Assembly (NCBI GenBank): GCA_963674595.2
Contig: CAXXFV010000017.1
Span: 64,001 to 128,000, forward strand
Reading direction: 5' to 3'
DNA from: a bacterium
GTDB taxonomy: Bacteria > Zhuqueibacterota > Zhuqueibacteria > Residuimicrobiales > Krinioviventaceae
Length of the DNA: 64,000 bases
Below are positions 1 through 9,578 of the stretch, one piece after another (within the stretch, counting starts at the first letter, position 1; the number at the start of each line of letters is the position of its first letter). Made by a program: the position numbers and the translations under genes. The notes beneath the pieces were generated by a model. It saw nothing but the letters and a program-made list of their open reading frames with translations, had not been told where the DNA came from and searched no databases.

Positions 1-1017
1 TGCCGGAAATGTTGTATGCGGTTCAGTCTGGTACCAGAAAGCAACAGAAGCAATGTCATCCTGCAGCGGCTGGAACTTTTTGTCCGGCCACCAGCCCAGC
101 GCCTGAATAGTCACTTTAAGTTCTTTTTCAAAGCGGATGGGGTCCATAATATGCCATCGGTACAAACCATGTTTCGGCACTTCACCGGGTTCTCGGCTGT
201 ATAGCGGGTAACCGAGATAGGGCCCGGAATAGGTTTCATCGCCAAAACACCAGGCGCCGCCGAAATAATCTTCCGTGCCGGTGCCGCAAATTGTCGGATA
301 TTCCTTGTCACCGTCCATAAAAAATTTGATTTCACCTTCGCCCCACCAGCCGTTGGACAACTGGGTCCAGGCCAGGAACGTGCCTACATAGTGCCCTTTG
401 CCTTTGATGGCATCAACCAGAACATGTTCCGGCGCTTTTTTATCGGTAACACTGCGCCGCCATTGAGCATGAAAATAGGCGGCATTGTCGGCAACCTCTG
501 TCAGGGCGTAATTTATTTGATAATAAAAACCGTCAATCAAATTTAAATGCTGGTTTTCAATGGTTATTTTACAATGTTTACGGAACGGCATGGGCCAGTA
601 ACAGTTAAATCCGCCAACAGGATTAACCGAAACAGGAAGCGAATTGACATTATATCTTAAACCGTGGCCGTTGGCAAAAAAATCACCTAATGGAACTTCC
701 ACAGAGGGCTGTTCTTCATGGTCCCAGTATATACGAAGAATACAATCACGATACGCTTCTTTTCTAACAGTCAGCCAGATATGCTGAATTTCACCCGGAC
801 CTTCAATGTCGGCCAACACATAGGTGGTATCTTTTTCCAGATTCATATAGGGACGGACTTTCCAGCCTTTTCCCAAACGTCCGGCCGGTTCATTGGATTG
901 CGGCGTTTCCATAGCGCCTCCGCCTGGTTTGCCGTTTGGATTTTCCGCAGAAATGGACCGGGTTTTGGCGTTTGATAAAAGGTGGATGTTTCCCAGTCCG
1001 TTTGTAAAACCATTCAT
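1..1017 (-). CDS. DUF2961 / glycoside hydrolase family 172 protein (3' end runs off window)
   Basis: Missing from ORF track because it is truncated. Hand translation from ATG at 1017 (SD AGGAG upstream): MNGFTNGLGNIHLLSNAKTRSISAENPNGKPGGGA...LADIEGPGEIQHIWLT...LRIYWDHEEQPSVEVPLGDFF...GGFNCYWPMPFRKH...QDDIASVAFWYQTEPH, typical DUF2961 motifs. Confidence 0.85.
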   Translation of the reverse strand, partial: MNGFTNGLGNIHLLSNAKTRSISAENPNGKPGGGAMETPQSNEPAGRLGKGWKVRPYMNLEKDTTYVLADIEGPGEIQHIWLTVRKEAYRDCILRIYWDHEEQPSVEVPLGDFFANGHGLRYNVNSLPVSVNPVGGFNCYWPMPFRKHCKITIENQHLNLIDGFYYQINYALTEVADNAAYFHAQWRRSVTDKKAPEHVLVDAIKGKGHYVGTFLAWTQLSNGWWGEGEIKFFMDGDKEYPTICGTGTEDYFGGAWCFGDETYSGPYLGYPLYSREPGEVPKHGLYRWHIMDPIRFEKELKVTIQALGWWPDKKFQPLQDDIASVAFWYQTEPHTTFPA

Positions 1018-1036
1018 AAACTTCTCCTGTTTGTTC

Positions 1037-2521
1037 TTATTTCGCTTTTAACCGAATAGTTGTTATTGATTTTGAAGGAATTGACAAACTTTTTACGTGT
1101 TTTTCTGTTTTTATCGTTTTTGGGACCAATACCTCCGGAGATTCAAATGTGTTGTGATCATTAATGTTTTTACCTGTTAACTGCTGTACCTGATCAATTT
1201 CAAATATTTTTTCAGAAATGATGTTCAAATCCAGTTCTATTGATTTTTCCAAGTCGAAATTGATAACTGAAAGAAACAGGGTCTGTTCATCATCGGATTG
1301 AGTTACCGACACGGACAATGCCTCCCGTTTATCACCTTTTTCGTTTTGAATGGTCGGACAGTCGTCCAGTTTTTGCCGAATGATATGTGCCTCACGATGA
1401 GGTTTAAACATGTCATATACGTGATAGGTTGGTGTTAAAACCAGGTTCGAACCTTGTGTTAAAATTAGGGCCTGCAGCACGTTTAGTGTCTGGGCCATAT
1501 TGGTCATAACCAGGTTTTCGCTCAGTTCATGAAAAAGATGAAAACCGGCTGCGGCAAAAATGGCGTCCTGTAATGTGTTTTGCTGATAAAGGCCGCTGTC
1601 AACCGTTGCTTCGCCATGCCACGCACCCCATTCATCCAGAATAACTTTGATTTGATGGTTTTCCGTGCTGAAAGCTTTGCATATATTAATGGCCCGTGTC
1701 AGATTTTTCTGCAGGATACTGATCTCTTCAATCATCAGATTGTGATAGTCTTTGTCTGTAATATTTAAATCCGGTGTATACCAGCCGGAATAAATATGCA
1801 GCGCAATATAATCTACCAGGTAATGTGCCCCTTTCATCGCTTCGAGATAACGATGGTCCCAGTCCGTAATTTGGGGATGTGATCCGCAGGCAATCAGTTT
1901 GGCATCCTTACTGGTTGTTTGTCTTATAAAAGTCGCGTATTGTCGGTATAAATCAGCATAATATTCAGCCGTCATCCGTCCGCCGCAGGCCCAGCTTTCA
2001 TTGCCGATTCCCCAATATTTGACGTCATAGGGTTCTTTGTGCCCGTTAGCCGCCCGCTGTTCCGTTAACGTTGTCTTTTGGTCGCAGTTACAATACTCAA
2101 CCCATTGACGTGCATTTTCAACCGTTCCGCTGCCGACATTAACGGCCAGATAGGGTTCCGAGTTTATCATTTTACAGAACCGCATAAACTCTTCGGTGCC
2201 GAATTCATTGGATTCCGCCTGTTTCCACCAGATGTTCATACGTTTGGACCGCTGTTCGCGCGGCCCGATTCCGTCTTTCCAGTTATAATTATCTGCAAAA
2301 CACCCCCCCGGCCAGCGTAAAACCGGCAGTTCCAGCTTTTTTAAAGCTTCAACCGTATCCAGGCGAATGCCGTTTTCATTTTTGATATTGGATTTTTCGC
2401 CAACCCAAATACCGCCGTAAACACATCTGCCCAAATGTTCTATAAACTGACTGTATATTTTTTTATCTACTTTGTGAAACGCCATATAAGGGTAAAGGGT
2501 TAATAAAGGATTCTTTGCCAT
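1037..2521 (-). CDS. abfA: alpha-L-arabinofuranosidase, GH51
   Basis: FIEHLGRCVYGGIW, LRWPGGCFAD, WGIGNESW (acid/base), LDEWGAW (nucleophile), NMAQTLNVLQ. Start placed at MAKNP (ORF track start 2536). Confidence 0.92.
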   Translation of the reverse strand: MAKNPLLTLYPYMAFHKVDKKIYSQFIEHLGRCVYGGIWVGEKSNIKNENGIRLDTVEALKKLELPVLRWPGGCFADNYNWKDGIGPREQRSKRMNIWWKQAESNEFGTEEFMRFCKMINSEPYLAVNVGSGTVENARQWVEYCNCDQKTTLTEQRAANGHKEPYDVKYWGIGNESWACGGRMTAEYYADLYRQYATFIRQTTSKDAKLIACGSHPQITDWDHRYLEAMKGAHYLVDYIALHIYSGWYTPDLNITDKDYHNLMIEEISILQKNLTRAINICKAFSTENHQIKVILDEWGAWHGEATVDSGLYQQNTLQDAIFAAAGFHLFHELSENLVMTNMAQTLNVLQALILTQGSNLVLTPTYHVYDMFKPHREAHIIRQKLDDCPTIQNEKGDKREALSVSVTQSDDEQTLFLSVINFDLEKSIELDLNIISEKIFEIDQVQQLTGKNINDHNTFESPEVLVPKTIKTEKHVKSLSIPSKSITTIRLKAK

Positions 2522-2602
2522 TATTGTTCCTTTCATTATGTGTTGCTGATTGGTAAAAATTCAGTCTTACCAATATGGTTTTGGTGCTGAGTTAAAAGAA
2601 TA

Positions 2603-4126
2603 TCATAGAGATTTTATTTCAATATTTTTTATACCGGACCGGTTGATAATTAAAATATTGTCCACACCGCGAAACGGGCCGAAACTCCAGTATTTTTTAT
2701 CAAGGGGTTTGCCGTCCGCAAAAACCTGTGGGGTAAAACACAGTTTAATTCGTTCCGTTCCATTCTCTTCAAAAGCCTCATAGCTGACATTTCCCGGCTT
2801 GTACGTCACTTTTACCAAAGGTGTTGTGATATAAAAAATATGGTCCTCGTCTTTGGGCAGCATTTCCGGCAGCTCTGATATCCCGTCTAAAATATGGGGT
2901 AAATAATCCCAATAGGAATCGGAAAACCAGGGTTCGACATATTCCAGTCCAGTATAGTTTATAGACATGTGGTTTTTGGAATATTTGTTATAGGCGGAAT
3001 AGGTTGCCAGGGCAAAAGTGGCCCGCGCTTCTTCACGGACTTTTTCATCAAGGCATACGCCAAACCACTTGGCAACAATCGACGCATAACGGGCCGTATG
3101 ACTGCTCATTTCCTGAAAACAGCCGTCCTGCTCGCGGATGCTTGTGGCGCCATAACGTTTTGTCTGGCCAAACCGGTTTTCAACCCAGGCAATAAGCGCG
3201 GGAATATGTTCTTTATAGTCCGGGTCAATTTCAGGATGTTTCAGGATATACCGGGCCGTTTCCATCGGGTTTTGTTGATTTAAATTATCATAGTTTGAAA
3301 CCACGTCTTCATAATAACCGGACCATTTATAGTTTTGCATCGGATAGGTTATTATCCAGTTCCAAAGCAGTTCCCGTTTTTCTGCTATTTGTTCTTTGTT
3401 CAGCGTGCATAATTCATTTTTAGAAATCAGATCAAAAAGCCGGATAACAAGTATCATGTTCGAGCAATAGGGATCCAAAACCTCACCGGTTTTTAAATTT
3501 ACACGAAAGGGAAGAGGTGACTTGTTTTCATCGCCCGGTTTTATCTGTTCCAGAATGAGTTTTGTCATTTCTTCGGCCCGGGCAAAATATTCGGTTTTTC
3601 CGGTGAAATTGGAATATTCGATGTATCCGATAGCGACCATACAAATTTTGTCCACGCCGCCCCATTCATCCGTATATTCACCGTCCGGTGTGTCATCCTG
3701 TGTTCGGGGTACATTGGGCCAGGCCCAATCGCAGGGCGTATGGTAATAGGCAACACGTTCAATCAGTCTCTGCACCGGTAACAGGGCGTCCAAATCTCCG
3801 TTATAGGCATAATATCTTTTAAAAGTTTCCATGCCCCAGTAAACATTACTGCCCTGATTGTTTTGTTTGTGGCAAAACGTGCCGTCCACATATAATTTTG
3901 ATGTTACAAGATAAAGCGGATCCTTTCCGAATTTTGATGCCTTTGTCGGGCAGTTTTTTAAAAAATTCATACTCCAGACCAATATATTATCATATCCGGT
4001 CCACGGCTGCAAACGATCATTTTCATCTAACACAACGTTGTGATCTTTTAGCATCTGTGCGTATAAATTATTTAGAGATAATAAAGTAATTAATAAAAAT
4101 ACCAGCTTTTTCATTTCCGAGCGCAT
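2603..4126 (-). CDS. secreted hypothetical protein, possible (alpha/alpha)-barrel glycosidase-like fold
   Basis: Signal peptide MKKLVFLLITLLSLNNLYA; SD GAGGAG before ATG 4126; helical W/Y/E/D-rich core; co-directional with GH51 and GH172 genes. Confidence 0.6.
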   Translation of the reverse strand: MRSEMKKLVFLLITLLSLNNLYAQMLKDHNVVLDENDRLQPWTGYDNILVWSMNFLKNCPTKASKFGKDPLYLVTSKLYVDGTFCHKQNNQGSNVYWGMETFKRYYAYNGDLDALLPVQRLIERVAYYHTPCDWAWPNVPRTQDDTPDGEYTDEWGGVDKICMVAIGYIEYSNFTGKTEYFARAEEMTKLILEQIKPGDENKSPLPFRVNLKTGEVLDPYCSNMILVIRLFDLISKNELCTLNKEQIAEKRELLWNWIITYPMQNYKWSGYYEDVVSNYDNLNQQNPMETARYILKHPEIDPDYKEHIPALIAWVENRFGQTKRYGATSIREQDGCFQEMSSHTARYASIVAKWFGVCLDEKVREEARATFALATYSAYNKYSKNHMSINYTGLEYVEPWFSDSYWDYLPHILDGISELPEMLPKDEDHIFYITTPLVKVTYKPGNVSYEAFEENGTERIKLCFTPQVFADGKPLDKKYWSFGPFRGVDNILIINRSGIKNIEIKSL

Positions 4127-4342
4127 AATGGTAACTCCTCGAGATGGTAATAAACTGTATTTTTTGATAATTTTTTCACCTAACCTATTATTGTTTAATA
4201 AACGCAATATATAAAAAAGGTTTTAAAAACAAAATCTTTTTAAAAAGAATTATTTAATTTTAACATGACAAAATCCTTTAAAGTAAACATTTTTATTAAT
4301 ATATTTCCTGTCAAGACATTAGACACTGAAAGGAATGATACA

Positions 4343-5521
4343 ATGAAAAAACTAATCCTTCTTGTTCCAATTTGTTTTCTTGTGGTGTGGCTGTTCAACT
4401 CTTGTGGAGAGGCTCCGGAAACAAACTTGCAACAAAAATTTTCGCAAGTAGACAGTCTGCTCATCAAAGGAACCCTGGCAGGTATTCGAAATATTGACAG
4501 CTTGAAAACAGCGCAGGCCAACCTTGCCCGGTCTTTTACCAAAAATTTAAAAATTGATAAAATTAAGAAAGAAGATTTGTACGAGGCGGCACAACTGTTT
4601 TATTTGGCAAAAGACAAGGATGCTGCCATTGAAGCATTGGAAAAGTTTAAAAATACCGCTGACAGTGTAAATGAAATGTCATTTTTGTTCGAGTTGTATT
4701 GTGAAAATGACCGCCTGGAAGATGCTGAAAAATTAATAAATATTTTAAAAATTAAAGCGCCGCAGGGACTTTACTCTAATTATTTAAATTTATTTTACGG
4801 TTATGATGAACGCGGCGATTTGGAAAAAGCCCTGTGGGTTGCTGATCAGGCCATTCCAAAACTAAACGGCCCCAAAGCAGCTTTTTTTCAGGTAGAAAAA
4901 GCACAGGTACTGTGGTCTTTGGGAAAAAAACAGGATGCGCTGGAACTGTTAAAATCGGTAAAATCTGATTATGCCGGAAATGAACAGGTTATCAGGCGTG
5001 CCGACAACAAGTTGAATCTGTTTAATCTGACAGGTAAAAAAGCCCCGGAACTTGTTGTTTCCGAATGGCTGGATACACCGGGCACAAGTTTAAAACAATT
5101 AAAGGGCAAGGTGGTTTTGTTGGATTTTTGGGCTCCCTGGTGCGGTCCCTGCCGGGCCATGTTTCCGCACCTTAAACGCATGTATACAATGTATCATGAT
5201 AAAGGACTGGAAATTTTGGGCATTACCCGCTATTACGGATCGTTTAACCAGTTGGGTGAAATGTTGAGAGATTTGTCTCACGATGATGAACTGGAATGGA
5301 TAAAAAAATTCAAGAAACACCATAAAATACCTTTTCCCTATGGTATAGCCGATGAAAATGGTGGTATGGTGAATGCAAAGGCTTATGGCATTGGCGGTAT
5401 TCCCCATGCCGTATTGATTGACAAAAAAGGTGTTGTACGTTTTTATGCCATTGGTTCCGGTAAATCATCGGAAGAAAAAATTGAAGCCGGAATTATACAA
5501 TTGCTCGAAGAACCCCGCTAA
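4343..5521 (+). CDS. TlpA/ResA-like thioredoxin-domain lipoprotein with TPR-like N-terminal region
   Basis: Lipobox-like LFNSC; LKGKVVLLDFWAPWCGPC; YGIGGIPHAVLIDKKG (cis-Pro loop). Start moved to MKKLILL. Confidence 0.88.
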   Translation: MKKLILLVPICFLVVWLFNSCGEAPETNLQQKFSQVDSLLIKGTLAGIRNIDSLKTAQANLARSFTKNLKIDKIKKEDLYEAAQLFYLAKDKDAAIEALEKFKNTADSVNEMSFLFELYCENDRLEDAEKLINILKIKAPQGLYSNYLNLFYGYDERGDLEKALWVADQAIPKLNGPKAAFFQVEKAQVLWSLGKKQDALELLKSVKSDYAGNEQVIRRADNKLNLFNLTGKKAPELVVSEWLDTPGTSLKQLKGKVVLLDFWAPWCGPCRAMFPHLKRMYTMYHDKGLEILGITRYYGSFNQLGEMLRDLSHDDELEWIKKFKKHHKIPFPYGIADENGGMVNAKAYGIGGIPHAVLIDKKGVVRFYAIGSGKSSEEKIEAGIIQLLEEPR

Positions 5522-5544
5522 TTTGGATGGAATAACACAGTATA

Positions 5545-7728
5545 ATGTATAAAAATTCACAACTTCAATATTTAAGGTTCGCCCGTGCAAATTCACTGGC
5601 GTTTGCTTCGCTGGCAGATGCGGTATTAATCCTTTATGCTATACGCGCCGGTGCGGATGATTTTTTTGTCGGACTCATTGTTTCGTTCTTTTACCTCACC
5701 ATGCCGTTGATGTTGTTCGGGCGGCAGTCCATTGCCAAACAGGGTGCTGTAAAAACACTTTATAATAACTGGGTCCTGCGTAACCTTTCCGCTTTTTTTC
5801 TCATTTTGGTTCCCTGGATTCAAAGTTATTTCAGCATTCATGCCGGATTAATATGGTTTGTGCTGGCGGCCTTTGGTTTTTTCGCTTTCCGAAGCATCGG
5901 CATTACCTGTATTACACCGATTATTCGGGACATCTCATCTCCTGAAAATCGCGGTAACTTTATTTCCAAATCATCGCTGCAGGGCAGTGTTTTTTATCTG
6001 TTGGCAATGGTGGGTATTGTTTTTTTGACAAACCGGTTTCAATCCATTTCAGTGTTTCAGGTGATTGTGGTTTTCGGCAGTGTTTCGGGAATGGTTTCCG
6101 CTATTTTTATTCGAAAAATTGACGAATCCGATGAACCAGCGGTCTCTGCCGGTTTGCCGTTGTCCGATGTTATTAAATTTTTCAAACAAAATGTAACGGC
6201 TAAACGACTGCTGGTCGTCTGGTCTATGACAACGGCCGGTTTGGTGCTTGTTCTTCCGTTCAGTATGATCAGTTTGAAAAACGGGTATCAATTCTCCGAC
6301 CACGGCGCTTTGATCTTTTCTGTTATACAAATTTTTGGAGGTATTGTTGCCTCTTATGCCAACACATTGTTATTAGACCGTGTAGGGCCCCGCCCGGTTA
6401 TTATTATTGCCACCTTTGGTCTTTTACTTGTATGTTTAATGTGGATACTTGTACCGGTCCATGTTATTTTACCGATATTATTTATTATATTTTTCATTGC
6501 AGGCGCCTGCAACGCCGCTATTAACACCTCATTGTCGCACTATTTGCTCGGTTCCATGCCGGCGGAATATACAGTCGGCATTTCCATGTTTATGACTGTT
6601 ATTTCAGGCGCTATTGCCGGTATTTTTGGGACCATCCTTGGCGGTGGCGTTCTAAAATTGTTCAAGTCCCTGGGGCTTACGGGTCTCGATATTTATCGTA
6701 CCTATTTTATTCTTATTGCTGTTTTTGTTGCCGCCGCTATTTTTGCGGCGTCTCGACTTAAACCGCTGGCCGACCGTCGTGTTAAAGACGTGTTAGGTAT
6801 TATGCTTTCCTTAAGAGACTGGCGGGCATTATTTACATTACAAAAACTTTATGAAGCCCGGTCGGAACAAAAGGACAAACGTATTATCAGTAAATTGGGT
6901 GCAATCCGTTCCAATCTTTCTGAAAATTCGTTAATAGGATTTTTGGAATCCCCCAGTTTTATTACCCGCGCCCATGCCATGAGAGCGTTGGGAGAGCTTT
7001 CCTTTGGGGACAAAACAGAAAAAATACTCATAAAGGAACTGGAAGAAGGTGAACATCTTAACGCCTTTTGGGCTGCTGAAGTTTTAGGCGATCATAAAAG
7101 TAAAAATGCCATTCCGGCTTTGCGTAAGGCCCTTGACAGCCAAGACGTGTTCCTGCGCGGCAAAGCCATGATTTCCCTGACAAAGATGAATGATAAAACA
7201 AGTTTCGAAAAAATTGAACAGATATTTTTAAATACCGGTAATCCCCGGTTACTGGTGCACGGCGCAAAAGCTTTTGTGCACATGAGAAAACCCGAAAACC
7301 TGAAATGTATTCTGGATAAAGTTTTGAATACCACACTTGCCGCACCCATACGTGCGGAATTGCTTTACAGTGCTTCGGAACTGGCCGGCGCCGGATTTCA
7401 TTTTTATAAAATATATCCTTATTTAAAAAATGATCCCGATAAAGCCTGGTCTCAACTCGATGAACTTATCGCTCAGCTTGGTCCGGAAACAGAACCCATG
7501 ATTCAGGTTATAAAAACATTTAAAAATATCTATGTGGATTCGGAAAGTCATGTGTCTGCTGAGCTGTTGCATACACTGGAAGAAAAAATAAAATGTCCCT
7601 ATATACCGGTTATTATTTCTTTCCTTGCCGAAAAAGATAGTAACAAAAAATACAATATGGAACTTGGTGTGACATTGATTTTGATTATAATTTCATGCTT
7701 GAAAAAATTTTACAAATTACCTGGTTAA
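5545..7728 (+). CDS. MFS transporter fused to C-terminal HEAT-repeat domain
   Basis: About 12 hydrophobic segments, LLDRVGPRP motif-A-like loop; C-terminal HEAT/PBS-lyase-like repeats (RAHAMRALGEL, WAAEVLGD, AIPALRKALD). Confidence 0.8.
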   Translation: MYKNSQLQYLRFARANSLAFASLADAVLILYAIRAGADDFFVGLIVSFFYLTMPLMLFGRQSIAKQGAVKTLYNNWVLRNLSAFFLILVPWIQSYFSIHAGLIWFVLAAFGFFAFRSIGITCITPIIRDISSPENRGNFISKSSLQGSVFYLLAMVGIVFLTNRFQSISVFQVIVVFGSVSGMVSAIFIRKIDESDEPAVSAGLPLSDVIKFFKQNVTAKRLLVVWSMTTAGLVLVLPFSMISLKNGYQFSDHGALIFSVIQIFGGIVASYANTLLLDRVGPRPVIIIATFGLLLVCLMWILVPVHVILPILFIIFFIAGACNAAINTSLSHYLLGSMPAEYTVGISMFMTVISGAIAGIFGTILGGGVLKLFKSLGLTGLDIYRTYFILIAVFVAAAIFAASRLKPLADRRVKDVLGIMLSLRDWRALFTLQKLYEARSEQKDKRIISKLGAIRSNLSENSLIGFLESPSFITRAHAMRALGELSFGDKTEKILIKELEEGEHLNAFWAAEVLGDHKSKNAIPALRKALDSQDVFLRGKAMISLTKMNDKTSFEKIEQIFLNTGNPRLLVHGAKAFVHMRKPENLKCILDKVLNTTLAAPIRAELLYSASELAGAGFHFYKIYPYLKNDPDKAWSQLDELIAQLGPETEPMIQVIKTFKNIYVDSESHVSAELLHTLEEKIKCPYIPVIISFLAEKDSNKKYNMELGVTLILIIISCLKKFYKLPG

Positions 7729-7805
7729 AAATAACTTGAAAAGTTTTACTATCCTTATTATTATTACACATGAGATGAAACCCAAAACCCCCAAAGAGGA
7801 ACTTT

Positions 7806-9278
7806 ATGTCTGAAAAAAAATATTTAGCTTTTGATTTTGGTGCAGAAAGTGGTCGTGCTATTCTTGGAATATTAAAAGATGACAAACTTGAATTACAGGA
7901 GATTCACCGTTTTGCAAACCGTCAGGTAAAAATGCACGGTCATATTTATTGGGATATTCTGGCCCTTTTTGATGAGATAAAAAAGGGAATGTCAATTGCC
8001 GCCGGTAAAGGTCATACCGTGCTGGATGGAATTGGTGTTGATACATGGGGCGTCGACTTTGGTCTTATCGCCCGCAATGATGTAATGCTGGGAAATCCTT
8101 ATGCCTATCGTGACTGCCGTACCGACGGCATGATGGAAAAAGCATTCCAGGTGATGCCGGAATCAGAGATTTATAAATACTCTGGTATTCAGTTTATGCA
8201 GTTGAATACAATTTTTCAACTTTACAGTATGGTTGATACCAACAATCCGCTGCTGGACAACTGTGAAACGCTGTTGTTCATCCCGGACCTTTTTAATTTT
8301 ATGATGACGGGTAAAAAAGTAACGGAATATTCGATTGCATCTACGTCACAATTAATAGATGCAAAAACAAAGGAATGGTCCCGGGAAATTTTTGCACAAT
8401 TATCTCTGCCTGTTGATATAATGGCCCCCATTGTCAAGCCGGGCACTGTCGTCGGACCATTACTGCAGGAAATATGTGAGGATACCGGACTGGAACCGGC
8501 TGATGTTATTGCGCCTGCCTGTCATGATACGGCCAGCGCTGTTGCATCTGTTCCGGCAAGCGGAAAAAATTGGGCCTTTCTCAGTTCCGGAACATGGTCC
8601 TTGATGGGAATAGAAAGTCCGGAACCGATTATTAATGATGTTTCTTTAAAAAATAATTTCACCAACGAAGGCGGCGTGAACGGCATGATCCGTTTTCTGA
8701 AAAATATTATGGGCCTTTGGCTGCTGCAAAGCTGTCGCCGGGTTTGGATAAAAGAAGGTCATACGATTGATTATGGTGAATTAATGGAACTGGCAAAACA
8801 GGCCCCGGCATTTCGTTCACTTGTTGATCCGGATGATATCAGCTTTTTAAATCCACCGGATATGACCCAGGCAATTGCCGACTTTTGTAAAAAAACAGAC
8901 CAGCCGGTACCGGAAAGTCACGGCCAGTATGCACGATGTGTTTTGGAGAGCCTGGCCTTTAAATACAGATATACTGTTGAAAATATGAATGAAATGATAG
9001 ACGAACCCATCGAACAGGTCAATATTGTCGGCGGCGGCACCAAGAATGAGCTGTTAAATCAGTTTGTTGCCAATGCCACCGGACTTCCTGTTATTGCCGG
9101 CCCGGTTGAAGCCACAGCCATTGGTAACATTTTGGTACAGGCCATTGCCAAAAAACACATTGCCTCTCTTGAGGCCGGTCGGGAAATTGTTAAAAATTCC
9201 TTTCCATTGCTTAGTTATTCTCCGCAGCAACAGGATGTATGGAATGAAAAATACCAGTTTTTCCTTAAATTGATGTAA
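7806..9278 (+). CDS. rhaB: rhamnulokinase-family (FGGY) sugar kinase
   Basis: LAFDFGAESGR, GVDTWGVDFGL, HDTASAV, FLSSGTWSLMG, NFTNEGG, LKNIMGLWLLQ, GPVEATAIGN. Confidence 0.88.
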   Translation: MSEKKYLAFDFGAESGRAILGILKDDKLELQEIHRFANRQVKMHGHIYWDILALFDEIKKGMSIAAGKGHTVLDGIGVDTWGVDFGLIARNDVMLGNPYAYRDCRTDGMMEKAFQVMPESEIYKYSGIQFMQLNTIFQLYSMVDTNNPLLDNCETLLFIPDLFNFMMTGKKVTEYSIASTSQLIDAKTKEWSREIFAQLSLPVDIMAPIVKPGTVVGPLLQEICEDTGLEPADVIAPACHDTASAVASVPASGKNWAFLSSGTWSLMGIESPEPIINDVSLKNNFTNEGGVNGMIRFLKNIMGLWLLQSCRRVWIKEGHTIDYGELMELAKQAPAFRSLVDPDDISFLNPPDMTQAIADFCKKTDQPVPESHGQYARCVLESLAFKYRYTVENMNEMIDEPIEQVNIVGGGTKNELLNQFVANATGLPVIAGPVEATAIGNILVQAIAKKHIASLEAGREIVKNSFPLLSYSPQQQDVWNEKYQFFLKLM

Positions 9279-9283
9279 AATTT

Positions 9284-9311
9284 ACATTTTCAGATGAATA
9301 TCTGAAAATGT
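9284..9311 (+). terminator. perfect hairpin just after rhaB stop (possible terminator or stabiliser)
   Basis: ACATTTTCAGAT-GAAT-ATCTGAAAATGT, 12-bp stem; no clear U tract. Confidence 0.45.
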
Positions 9312-9397
9312 CTCATTACGAATCAATTAAAGGTATATGGTTCATTTATACACACAATTGTAAAATATTTAAGGACGAGAAAAATATAAGTTTGATA

Positions 9398-9426
9398 TTG
9401 ATTTTTCTCGTTTTTTTAATTATAAT
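9398..9426 (+). promoter_or_regulatory. sigma70-type promoter candidate
   Basis: TTGATT-N17-TATAAT upstream of the 9579 gene; overlaps an inverted repeat ACGAGAAAAAT...ATTTTTCTCGT (9375-9411). Confidence 0.5.
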
Positions 9427-9578
9427 AAATACAGTATCATAAAGTTAAAAAAAAGATTATCAATCTTTTTCAGGCTGTTTTTTTAAATTAAAAAATGGCA
9501 CAAATGATGCTAAGAGAAAATAAAGTATTGTGGTGTGTATAGATAAATTCATTGTTACCCGTGAGGAGGGGTATTAAA

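Noticed and set aside
16-975. ORF-track ORFs 16-204, 111-335, 718-975 and the many other short antisense or alternate-frame ORFs nested in long genes
   Set aside because: Shadow ORFs of well-supported genes (here the GH172 gene on the minus strand); no motifs or ribosome-binding sites.
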